Positions 32,101 to 41,395 are shown, counted from the stretch's first letter. The stretch: DNA of 64,000 nt from a virus (IMGVR_UViG_3300028603_000017:96001-160000); one strand, 5' to 3'. Made by a program: numbers and translations. The notes: a model not told the origin generated them from the letters alone.

Positions 32101-32707
32101 CTAAACTATTGATACCTATCTTAATATCGTTAAATAAAGACTTATTGTCTTTATGTCTAACAATTTCAATAGATTCCTTAATAGCGTCTTTAGCATCTTG
32201 CTCTTTTTTCTGTTCTTCTTGATTTTGAGCTAAGCTAGAGAAAACATCACCTACTTCAATAGCGATGTTTCTATTTCTAGTGGTTTCTTTGTCTTCTTGA
32301 CTAAAACCTTTGAATTTATAACCTTCAGCCCATTCCTTGATAGATTTAAGGACATCTTTTGATCTCTTAAACTTCTGAGGAATGATATTATCGGTAGTTT
32401 TTGCTATCTGAGCAATACTTGGTTTTATTTCCTGAACGGCTTTATTGTATAGCTGGCTGGTGTTATTTCCAACGACATTATACAGATCTTCTGCCTCTGC
32501 ATAGACAGGCGGCATAGATTCTCTGATCAATCTTCTGATCAGACTAGTATTTCTAAAAGAAGAGCTTACACCTTCTTTAATACCTGATAGGATTTGTTGC
32601 TCTGGCGTTCTATCTTTATTAGCATCACCAAAATCAAAATCAAAATCCGGCAAGTCTAATTCATTGTCCAGATCTATTTTGTCTGAACCAATTTTTTGCT
32701 TGGCCAT
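26132..32707 (-). CDS. Giant tail protein with C-terminal lytic transglycosylase (phiKZ gp181-like; tape-measure/cell-puncturing protein)
   Basis: 2191 aa, helical, with a Gly/Ala hydrophobic segment; C-terminal SLT motif VKMEAGW...TGAIGVGQFTQGTW...LYMMHNIG; divergent from the vRNAP beta' gene. Confidence 0.8.
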   Translation of the reverse strand: MAKQKIGSDKIDLDNELDLPDFDFDFGDANKDRTPEQQILSGIKEGVSSSFRNTSLIRRLIRESMPPVYAEAEDLYNVVGNNTSQLYNKAVQEIKPSIAQIAKTTDNIIPQKFKRSKDVLKSIKEWAEGYKFKGFSQEDKETTRNRNIAIEVGDVFSSLAQNQEEQKKEQDAKDAIKESIEIVRHKDNKSLFNDIKIGINSLVSYQEKITQAYQKKSLELQYRSYFAQLDLLEENKKLSALSDTYFQKITKNTALPEYVKIKDSERFKDMIKTKAMESLFGTTHSFLNKAFKNLGVKIREYTDIFKEATSAAAMGAEMGSSAGDMEGGPGWREILATMGTEEAIQYGGRKLGGKIRKQLEKSPKVRKISEEAKYVLSNLPEMATEYVNKYDYEDNWLKAGLKNIGKDIIGNQRADASIQADALENGLQPTFWNNRNSKSINEIIPGYLSRILREIQVLRTGDESIGLTSYDPYNNKFKSAEGMRRSLIDKLIPQGSIKSHEDNKQDIFRTIDPEGKLSEEQKNAVMDIMTRDKYNKRRLSPERLTSKSFFDRAALDDDQIKQVLSVFRQYFGDLNDKDNYKEKRNKLNESTSRIGRSLYNPASEIQKLVNAGYYDELRNLGLLNEEGTAVNIDNVLRSYTAGGFIGDRKPQSTKDTINQSFDKPASIIPTQTASVPVDSRIEEIVERITNTLSDNSNSLKDFLELHKENQKEFTGFVRQNVETLTALDKTLVDTGVKEEVQNTNTILERIENYLIEKLPALFIKDPNTGMPGGFDPESQGFVKDTFFNNLKGSFGKLGSFAWNKFIKPVNKAALRSAKMGTKLSLKSAGFSFKTAGKALNWAANKVLIKDIYIEGENKPRLKAAALRAGRYFDSVTKKPIYRFGDLEKLQGDIVDESGEVILSLDEMPNAYTKDSRSGSFIKLTKWLGGKVLDYSKLTYNATIAGWTGAFKAVNWVRKKALDLLDQPIDIYLKGDDKPILLASIMRTGGYISERTGKPIFKPSEIDGPIMDAKNPKQYVLTLDQLKQGLVDVDGKPIKTPMMKLFGFGVGAVKWVGRSILKAGKFVTDAMAGGLNQAGNFFQGVLDALNGGTGGKKSIEVLEQIRNILDERLPVDKSHFSDRDGDGDRDGSWQDQFSSKDEDSESKKKERVNTTVKPGRQNAIDRLLGKVKGAKDSIMGLLGFGDDDEDEDGDGVDIDVTTGEPSKKRRRRKPKGKLGKLKNLVRSVGKKGVLRTAGTVLGKTAGLGLKGIGALGKAGMWGLAKALPMMGGAMSTLGAAVPAILGGIGAVLTSPVTLTAIGVGLAGYGAYKAYKYFTKKEYSNLVKMRMAQYGLSIDEAEEVPKIVELENQMLKYTKTSEDQVTFDIDDVLVTKLLKIFDINPEDTKRDNVKKIEEWSYWFSNRFKPVYSAHLTALNKINAKVPLSDVDKLDGKDKETYIGLAKEAKVNYSSLVSPFKKTQLRADHKLVDYYGDLALKEAKEQAEKESKDPAKKYAEKIVTEGAVTAGTASAIAGAVSNEDKAKSITPVEQPKQIGWFADKLKKTLNVLTAPGRFALGLITPFAALHGQIIKSASNYVLNIFKPTVTALEAVRFKTYGLTEMERSKVNTLRKLEKDLLGDITFDSENKAYFNADAGKVLSLIGSEFGITDLNSPNASNWSIWFQQRFLPVYLNYVGLVRQSIGAGKASIDETRLSNQQKLDIAKAISTTMGVWVVNQSPWTGYTIGMNSTIVNDNITFLESKAKDSKLPEDKIATKTTAEQAVEDAVVQAKNNGKPTSQANKQQVANQQANQPTPPVATDSSAETTGKWDRAQTPKPQVTQPKPASIQSGNRFKSKGSFQGFGEDIDGYITEAAQKYGMDEKVLRGFVKMEAGWDNQMSPTGAIGVGQFTQGTWDALAKTPEGQEIGMTKIGKRFRTSEDPRYDKRINTLATALLAKKNADMLTKSGLEVSGENLYMMHNIGPGFIKAVKTGEASPATLRAMQLNGMKPGMTPVNFVEYQKGRFNSHYEAANNTPADTVATAIEKPKTVQTATSAREAVKTYTDSKAANVGPGYASSVEKTKPTPGTAVNPTYRPGDLKPDADEFASIMKRNRETINRSSRPQIDSQIAISTQLNNSVSSMHETLKSSLNVQTETLTTLKDIKTNIVNLVNKAPQPETTKKPEPETLNTAKNSRAPSRPTARMPTAPVAVS

Positions 32708-32776
32708 ACTTAGATATACTTACGTTATAAAAATTAATAAACTTCACACAATTTCAGCTGATCCATTGGAACCACT

Positions 32777-34835
32777 ATGAGTGATTTCGCAGTTCCCTTT
32801 AATATTTATCTACTAAACCTCACTCCTGATAAGTTAGCAGGTATGATACCTGTGACTTCTTTGGATATATTTGAGGGTATGTCCAGGAATTTACATAATG
32901 ACGGTCTTTTCTCTATACCTATCTTTGGTAGAATCGGCTCTCCAGCTCGCACAAGCCGATATAGCTACATCGATATCAAGGTACCAATATTTCACCCAAC
33001 AATATATCGATCTTTGCTACAACTCAAGAGTCTTTATGGAGAAATCTTACAAGGCAAATCTTACGCTATTTGGAATGATGAAGTAAAAGACTTTGTTAAA
33101 TCATCTCAGTTAGATGGTGAAACAGGGTTTGAGTTCTTTGTTACGCATTGGAAAGATATCGTCTTTGAGTCTAGACCGAGTGACTTAAGAGCTAAAAATA
33201 TTGAGCTAATCGATAAGTACAAAGACATTGCTTTAATGGATAAAGTTATCGTAATGCCTGCTGGCTATAGAGATATTGAGATTGAAGACGATAGAATTAC
33301 CGTAAATGAAATCAACGATCTCTATAAAAAGCTCTTAAGAGTATCCAATACCATCTTACCTATTACAGTAAAAGACGATATTGAAATGCTCAATGGTGCT
33401 AGATACAGTATGCAAAATACATTCAATCAAATCTACGATATGATTGAGTCTATGATCAAAGGTAAGAAAAAGCTCATGATGGGTAAATGGGCTAGCCGTA
33501 AAATCTTTAACGGCACCAGAAACGTGATTACGTCTTCTGATATTCGCTCAGATGAATTAAATGCTCCCAATAACGTAGGTTTTAACGACACTATTTGTGG
33601 TCTATACCAATACATTAAAGCAACCCTGCCTTTAGCTATTGCTAAACTACGTACTGGTTTTCTAAGCAATGTCTTTGTATCTGCACAGTCACCTGCTTAC
33701 TTAACAGATAAAAAGACACTCAAGAAAGTAGAAGTTAAAATAGATAACGATGTCTTTGACAGATGGATGAGTGATGAAGGACTAGAAAAAGTCATTAGTC
33801 TATTTTCAGAAGAATCTATCAGACACGACTATTTAGAAGTCAATGATCACTATATTGGCTTAGTATATAAAGGACCTGGTGTCTTTAAATTCTTCCAAGA
33901 TATAGATGAGTTACCTGAAGAATATAGTAAGGACGATGTTTATCCGATTACTTTCACGGAACTCATTTACGGCTCTGTATACCATGACGCTCATTTATAC
34001 CCAGCTCTAGTGACACGGTATCCTGTCACTGGGTTTGGTAGTATCTATGTCTCTAATATCTATCTAAAGCCTACTCTTAAGGTAGAGAAAAGAGCTCCCT
34101 TAGGAGATGATTGGCAAATAGATCCCTATAAACCTATTGCTTATAACTTTCCTACTAAATCTGATTTCGTAAATGCGATGTCTCCTAGTCCGAGTAAATT
34201 ACAAAATCTCGGAGCTGATAATCGAATGGTATTTTCTTAATTTATTCATAGAACACTATGTTTAAAAGGTATGTTTACGTAAACATATTTGAAACTGTAG
34301 TGGGTTTCAAGAAAATCCAATCGTTTTGTCCTACCTTACAGTAATGTAAGGATAGAATCTCCTTTAATTGCTAGAAAGCCCTTAGAGCTTAACTACCACT
34401 GCGAGCAGTAATGCAAAGCGACAGCTCTACCTAATTGGTAAAGCCATGGTTTGAAAAGTGTTAAGATTGGGTAACCAGCAGCGAAGCTACCCTAATAGGT
34501 AGAACGTTCAACGATCAACCCTTTAGCAAGGTGTACACTCAAGTGAGTGGAAATGGGGAGCTACCTGTTATGCAGGTAGAAGATATGATCTACTCTATAT
34601 GGAAACATATAGCAGGCTATTGTGCCGGACTAAGATTAACGACCTTAGTTGAATACATAGGTTTGATGGAGATACTTGTTCACTAAATATTCTCTATTCT
34701 GATGAAAGTATAAGTGAGACTAGAAAATACATGCAATCTGCTAAGTATTACGTAGGCTCTAATGGTAAGATTAACTTTAGCGCTGAGACTGATACTACTA
34801 AATTCGTTTTACACAATCTAACATCGGATGTTTAA
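32777..34835 (+). CDS. rpoC: Virion RNA polymerase beta' catalytic subunit (phiKZ gp180-like), spliced join(32777..34219,34662..34835), 538 aa
   Basis: DGLFS.PIFG, GTRNVIT and TRYPV motifs. Exon 1 ends ...NLGAD and exon 2 starts FDGDTCS..., restoring the catalytic ADFDGD motif in frame. Confidence 0.9.
34220..34661 (+). ncRNA. Group I intron 1 (IA2-like, 442 nt, no endonuclease ORF) in the DFDGD motif
   Basis: P AATTGCTAGAAA, Q AACCAGCAGC, R GTTCAACGATCA, S AAGATATGATCT (P7 GATCA/TGATC). Exon-terminal U34219 pairs with G34328; terminal G34661; P2 with GTAA loop; P9 hairpin. Confidence 0.92.
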
Positions 34836-37800
34836 TATGGCAGCTCCTGCTATACCCTTTGAGAGTTACTATAGAAAAAACGGCCTAAGATCTCCTCAGT
34901 ATCTGATGGCTCCTAGGATGCCTAGTATTGAAAGCTTCTTTTTCCCTAAAGACTCTATTCACCATTATGTTGTTTATGATGGTGTGTCTAAGCATCCTGC
35001 TAGTGATGAGTACTTTTACAGAGATATTCAAAAGAAGATCTTTGTACAACATATTCCTGATATCAAAGATAATAAAGGCTCTCCTAGAAAATTAGCTATT
35101 CCTGTGATGCCTATGATTAGGGAATTTCACATCAGGAATAAAAGGTTTAGATTACTAGAAAAGCTCTCTAGTGTCAAGGATGAAAATACTTTAGTTACAA
35201 TTAACTATGGTTTTGCTCCTGTAGGATACAAATACGTAAAGTCTTTTTATGCTAACTACTACAAGTGGTGGAATATTGAAAAGACACTTTGGAGTACTTT
35301 AGATAGCATTACCAAAGAAAGTAATCGACAAAACTTTATCTTTACCAACTTACCTAAGACTTTACCTAGTGTATCTCGTCTTAATATGTTTTCTGATACT
35401 TTTAATCAGGAGATGGTAAAGCGGTTTAATACACCCGAATCTCTATTTCTATTAGAGATGTGGAAGTGGCTATCTGCTGAGAATAGAGGTAATTCTATCA
35501 TTGGCAACATGGGTCATAACCAATTAAAGAAAATTAATATTGTCATACAAGAATCTGGACGATATATATTGGTTAATCTAGGTGAGTTAAATAGCTGGAG
35601 AGCAGAAACTACTGATGTACCAGAGCAAAAGATACGGATTGACTCTAGTGCTTTACAAAAGCGATTCCTAAGAATGTTGATGACATTAATGGAAAACCGC
35701 ACTGTAGTAGACGCTCAATTGGTAGATGATGAAGTAGATGGTAATATTCCAGATACACCTATCGATAGCGATCCAGACCTGAGTGATCTAGATAGTCTAG
35801 AAAAAGATACTACCACTCCCACATCTGCACCATATGTAGATACAGATGCAGATATGGTAGCTGGTAAAGGCGATTTTATCAATCTGGATGAGAAAGACAG
35901 TGAAGTTAAAGAATTAACCAAAGCTGAGAAAATCAATGAATTAATTGATAATCTGGATAATGACCTACAGGCATTAGAGATTATTGAAAATGAAAAAGAC
36001 AATATTCTACTGGATGAGGAAATAGAAGATAAGAAGATTTCTAAAGAAATCTCTATCAGTCATTCAGATAAAGCTATTGAATTTGATTTCTTTAATAAAG
36101 AACTCAATCCTGAAGACAGAATTGTTAATCTCTGTAATGAATTAGCTGACGATGGGTTAATGACAGCTAGTGAATATAGGCGTTTAACCAATAATGCTGA
36201 TAATTATAAACGCTTGCCTAGTCCGTACGATAGTGGAAAATCATTAGCTGAATTTGGTGAAATTAAACCAGAAGAGATAGCTATTACTGAATCTGCTAAA
36301 ACAGTAGACAGGAACACCATTATTGATAAGACCATGTTATCATCTAGTCTATTAGACTTTGATGAAAGATACATTAAAAATATCTTACCTAAAGATATTG
36401 TCAATATGGTAACAGCTGCCCAAAATGCTGGATTCATTATATCTAAATACGAAGTAGAGCCTATTGAAGATATTCTAGGTAAATACGAATCTCACACTGT
36501 TCGCATTGCTCCTATTCAAGGTCAACCTAGTACTCTACGATTTAAGATACCTAAGGTTGAGGAAGACGGTGTTTATGTTAGCTCAGGTATCCGCTATAGG
36601 CTTCGTAAACAGCGGTTTGACCTTCCTATTCGTAAGATATCTCCAGATCGTGTTGCTCTATCGTCCTACTATGGTAAAACTCTAGTTACTCGCAGCGATA
36701 AGAAAGTTAATGATTACGGAGCATGGCTATCTAAAAACATAATTGCCAAAGCTATTGATAATACTGATCCTAATGTGATCAACTTATCTGCTGGTGATGT
36801 ATTTGTTAACGATGTAAACTTACCTAGAAGTTATACAGCTATTTCAATGGCTATTAGAGGATTTACCTCTAATGGATTTAACTTTAACTTTGATTATAAT
36901 AATAGAGTTGAGTTCTTTGGTCAGGAAAACATTGACAAGTATGAAAAAAATGGCTATACATTAGTAGCAGATAATGCTACTAATGAGTTTTTGGTCATTG
37001 ATCAAAATAATGTTCTATATAAAGTAGCTAACGATACTTTAGATCCAGTAGGTTCTATTGAATCCTTTATTGGTTTAGATATTGCTAATGCTCCTGTAGA
37101 CTTTGCTCAAATTAAAGTATTTGGCAAAAATATACCTCTGGTATTAATATTGGGCTATATGTACGGATTAGAAAATCTAATCAATGTACTAAAAGCCGAT
37201 GTCCGTAGAGTCTCTAGTGGTCAAAGACAGAATCTGCAAGAACACGAATACGCTATTGCTTTCAGTGATGAAACTCTGATCTTTAGCAAAGATGACGAAT
37301 TAGCTGCTATGATATTCTCTGGTTTTAGAGAATATGCTAAACATATCAGAAATTATTCTGTTTATACTTTCGATAAACCTAACGTTTATTTGAATGTATT
37401 AGAATCTAATGGAATTGGTATTAGGTACTTAAGAGAAGTAGATTTAATGGACAAAATGTTCGTTGATCCTATTACTAAAGAAATTTTAGTAGAGATGAAA
37501 GAACCTACTACTTTCAGAGGCTTGATTGTCAGAGCTGCCCAGCTGCTACTCAAAGACGCTCATCCGGATGCTTTAGATATGCAGTTCATGCGTATTAAGG
37601 GCTATGAGAGATTTGCTGGTGCTATATATGCTGAGTTAGTTAATTCCGTTAGAGAACATAACTCTAAAGCTGGTAAAGCTAATCAACAGATTGAATTACA
37701 TCCTTATGCTGTTTGGAAGAGGATTACGGCAGATCCTAGTATTAACTTAGTATCTGATATCAATCCGATTGAAAACTTAAAACAACAAGAAGCAGTTACT

Positions 37801-39768
37801 TATTCTGGTACAGGCGGTAGAGTATCTCGCTCGATGACAAAATCTTCTAGAGCTTATCACCCTAACGATATGGGTGTAATCTCTGAAGCTACTGTTGATA
37901 GTTCCGACGTAGCTATTAATACCTATACTTCTGCTGATCCTCAATTCGTATCACTACGAGGTAGGGCTAAGAAATATAACTTTGATGAACAAAATCCTAC
38001 TGCTGTACTAAGCACTAGCGCTTTAACTGCTGTAGGTAGTGATAGTGACGACCCCAAGCGCGTATTGACTTGCGCATTCTTCTCTAATTGCTGGAAACCC
38101 CTAAAACTAGTTAAACTACTGCGAGCAGTAATGCAAAGCGAATGTTTAAAAATTAACTAGATGTTACAATGGGCAATCAGCAGCTAAGCTGGCTGTTTAA
38201 CAGGCAGAAAGTTCAACGACTAGTCGAAAGACGTACATTCAATCGAATGGAAATGGGAAGACTACTTATTTAAGTAGAAGATATAGTCTGGCCTATATGG
38301 AAACATATAGCTGCGCGTAATGGCGCGAAACTACGCAATTGTATTAAGTTAAGACATTTAATACATTAGATAACGTAGTTTGAACACTCGCAAAATTTTA
38401 TTAATATTCAGAATACTCATTCGACTGCTTGTAGTGGATATATGCAAGCTCCTGTGCGTACTGGATATGAATCAGTCTTGGGTCAAAGAACTTCTGATCT
38501 ATTTTGTTATTCTGCTAGACAGAAAGGCAAAGTTATATCTAAGAAAGATAATAGTATTCTAATCGAATACGAAGACGGCACTCAAAAAGGAATACAGTTA
38601 GGTAGACGCTTTGGCGCAGCAGCTGGTCTAACTATTGCTCACAATGTTGTTAGCGATATGAAAGTAGGTCAAGAATTCAATCGTGGCGATATCATTGCTT
38701 ATAACGACGGATTCTTTGAAAAGGATATACTCAATCCTGATAATGTTATTTTAAAAAATGCTGTTCTAGCTAAAACCGTTTTATGGGAGTCTACTCAGAC
38801 TCATGAGGACGCTAGCAGTATTTCTAGGAAACTAGCTGATAAGCTTAGTACTAAAATTACTAAGGTCAAACAAGTTGTTATTAGCTTTGAACAAGAAGTT
38901 AAAGATATCTTAAAGCCTGGTAGTGACGTAGAGCATCAAACAATTCTATGTACAATTGAAGATCCCTTGACTTCAGGTGCTGGACTATTTGATGAAAGTA
39001 CTTTATCTACATTAAAAATGTTTAGCAATCAAACACCTCAAGCTAAAACAAAAGGTGTGTTAGAGAAGATTGAAGTTTTCTATAATGGCGAAAAAGAAGA
39101 CATGAGTGACAGCTTAAGAGCATTGGCTGACGCTGGTGATAGAGCTTTGGCTAGTCAATTCAGGTCTTTGGGTAAGCGCCCAATGACAGGTCAGGTAGAT
39201 GAGGGTTACCGTATTGACGGAGATCCTTTACAGTTAGATCACTTAGTTATTAAGTTTTATCTAACGACTGATGTGTCAGCAGGTGTTGGTGATCGACTTG
39301 GTCCTATTTGTTAGTAATAGCAAAATAGATTTCTCCTTAATTGCTGGGAACTCCTACTTCAGTAGGACAATCAGCAGCCGAACTATCTACTTATAGATAG
39401 AGGGTTCAACGACTATCCCCTAACCAGGGAGTACACTCAAGTGAGTGGAAACAGGAGACTGCCTGTATAACAGGCAGAAGATATAGTCTGCTCTGTATAG
39501 TAATATACAGCAGTACCTTATGGTACGGATAAGGATTAACGACCCTTATTGAACACACAGGAAAGGCGTTTTCGCTAATCAAATGAAGACCGTATTCTCT
39601 GAAGTTATGGATTACGAGATGAGAACAGAGTCTGGTGAAGAGATCGATGCTGTTTTCGGACAGAAGTCTATTGATGATCGTATTGTGTTGTCTGCCTTAA
39701 CAATTGGTACAACAAATACACTGCTTGATGTGATTGCTAAAAAAGCAGTCAAGATTTACGAAAGCTAA
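34828..39768 (+). CDS. rpoB: Virion RNA polymerase beta subunit (phiKZ gp178-like), spliced join(34828..38063,38393..39293,39562..39768), about 1447 aa (alternative start 34837)
   Basis: TYSGTGGR, YHPNDMGVISEATVDS, DDPKRV|NFINIQ, QTHEDAS and GD|KGVFANQMKT; the three ORF-track fragments join in frame. Confidence 0.88.
38064..38392 (+). ncRNA. Group I intron 2 (329 nt, lacks P2, no ORF), predicted terminal A instead of G
   Basis: P AATTGCTGGAAA, Q AATCAGCAGC, R GTTCAACGACTA, S AAGATATAGTCT. P1 GCGU/GCGC with U38063.G38072. The exact 3' boundary is inferred. Confidence 0.88.
39294..39561 (+). ncRNA. Group I intron 3 (268 nt, compact, no ORF) in the beta GDK motif
   Basis: P AATTGCTGGGAA, Q AATCAGCAGCC, R GTTCAACGACTA, S AAGATATAGTCT; U39293.G39301; terminal G39561; splicing gives GDKGVFANQMKT. 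Confidence 0.92.
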
Positions 39769-39770
39769 AT

Positions 39771-39965
39771 ATGAACGATAACCGTAAAATAACAGAAGCG
39801 TCTGTTTGCACCTTAGGGAATGCAGCAGATGTGGTTGCTAGAGTGATTCTTAATATTGCTGGTAATGATATTTCTACTAAACTCAGTGGAACTAACATGA
39901 CCATGAATTCTGTTAAGGAGCTGGCTTTGGCTAGATTTAATCTTAACCTGAGTAAGAAAGCGTAA
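39771..39965 (+). CDS. Small conserved hypothetical protein
   Basis: 64 aa with 2-nt spacing to both neighbours. Confidence 0.55.
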   Translation: MNDNRKITEASVCTLGNAADVVARVILNIAGNDISTKLSGTNMTMNSVKELALARFNLNLSKKA

Positions 39966-39967
39966 AA

Positions 39968-41395
39968 ATGATTGATAAAAGCTCTTTTGAAAAAGCACTA
40001 GGTGTAGCTAACATCTTTGCAGCTAAGGGCTTGGCAATCGTGCCAGAGGAGGGAACTCCTCTGGCTCAACTGGTTGGTACTACCAATCTGGTTGGTCAAT
40101 TGCCAACATATAGCTCTGAAACAGAATTTGTAGCTGAGGACAGCATTATTCTGTCTATGGTATCTGAGAACGAAACCCATGATGCTTTGTATGACGATTA
40201 CGTCAATGCTCTATCAACTGGTTTATCGTTTCAAATCAATAATGCTAGGAATATTATCAATCCTATCATCAACGAAGCTGTTGAAGCTATCAAAAAGTAT
40301 GTCGCTGAAAACAATACTAGCGCTTATTCTTTTGAATTGATTCAAAAAGATATTCCTACTCCTTTACAAAACGACAGCTTTGTACAAGAAGTCACTAAAA
40401 ATGATGGTGGCAGTTTTGTACAGCCTCGTGGTCGTATTACTATTCGTGATGTAAGCGATATTGCAGGTATTACTGAAAAGCTAGTGACTGGCTCTGAAAT
40501 CTTTGACAGCTCTGTCAAGGAGTGGATCGATAATAAGGGTGAAGCCTTTATTGTAGATCTATGGAAAAAGACATTTGCTTCCGTACATGAAGGTCCGTAT
40601 CAAACTCTACCTGAGTTAATGGATATCTTTAAGGGTCCTGATGCTTTAGATAACGCTTTGTTTGTTTATCTAGTATCTAGAAAACTCATGGATGATGCTC
40701 CTGAATACGCTAACATGTCGTTAGCTAATTGGAGAGAGACTGTTAGAGATTATATCAATAACAGTGCTAAAACCATTACGCGTGAGATTTCCATGGGTCA
40801 AACCATGACCAGTAATAAGACTTTAGTGACTAGAGTTGATTTCAATAACAAAGTTGTTATTGTAAACGGTCCTGTGTATCGGGATTATATTGCTACTGGT
40901 GGTAAGAACGAAATCATCTTTGGCGCTATTGTAAGTGATGAAGTTCCTTATAGCTTAGGTGTTATTCTGGCTAATCCTGAAAAGTATCAAAAGGCTTGGG
41001 ATAGCTACGCCAGCATCAATAAAGCGTCTCTGAGAGCTAAAGCTTTTGCTAGCTTTAAAGAAGCTTGTGAATTTGTACTGGTAGGACAACTCAATTCTCT
41101 GGCTGAATTTGAACAAGAAAAATTCAACGAAAACTCTGCCTTTAGAGACACTATTGTCGCTAGCTATAAAAACCTGATCAAACACCTGTATATTGAAGAT
41201 ATGAACAATATCTACCATACAGTGATGAAATTGGTTTGTAACGGTAGATTTCCTTATACAGACGCGTATCGTTTCTTAGACGCTATGAACGATATTGCTA
41301 AGGATAATCCTGAGCTAGATCCTAGAGAAGCCGCTACTGTAGCGACTATTGAATATATTAGCGATCACATGGCTGATCAAATGAAGCTGGTATGA
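39968..41395 (+). CDS. Conserved phiKZ-family protein (gp177-like by synteny)
   Basis: 475 aa between vRNAP beta and the protease operon. Confidence 0.55.
   Translation: MIDKSSFEKALGVANIFAAKGLAIVPEEGTPLAQLVGTTNLVGQLPTYSSETEFVAEDSIILSMVSENETHDALYDDYVNALSTGLSFQINNARNIINPIINEAVEAIKKYVAENNTSAYSFELIQKDIPTPLQNDSFVQEVTKNDGGSFVQPRGRITIRDVSDIAGITEKLVTGSEIFDSSVKEWIDNKGEAFIVDLWKKTFASVHEGPYQTLPELMDIFKGPDALDNALFVYLVSRKLMDDAPEYANMSLANWRETVRDYINNSAKTITREISMGQTMTSNKTLVTRVDFNNKVVIVNGPVYRDYIATGGKNEIIFGAIVSDEVPYSLGVILANPEKYQKAWDSYASINKASLRAKAFASFKEACEFVLVGQLNSLAEFEQEKFNENSAFRDTIVASYKNLIKHLYIEDMNNIYHTVMKLVCNGRFPYTDAYRFLDAMNDIAKDNPELDPREAATVATIEYISDHMADQMKLV

Noticed and set aside
34258-34344. 28-codon ORF inside the intron 1 P1 loop as a homing endonuclease
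   Set aside because: Too short, no HNH, GIY-YIG or LAGLIDADG motif, and it overlaps the IGS and P2.
38062-38390. Alternative intron 2 boundaries (after C38061, ending at G38390, giving DDPKR|QNF)
   Set aside because: It keeps the frame and terminal G but needs a C-G instead of U.G at the 5' splice site, shortens the 3' end by 2 nt relative to the sister introns and breaks the P9.0 register. Disfavoured, not excluded.
38380-38562. 60-aa ORF MNTRKILL...
   Set aside because: Off-frame overlap of the intron 2 end and exon 2; it is the frame produced by mis-splicing at G38390.
34220-39582. RNAP fragments as pseudogenes, frameshifts or stop-codon recoding
   Set aside because: The gaps contain complete group I cores and the exons join in frame; TAG and TGA act as ordinary stops elsewhere in the window.
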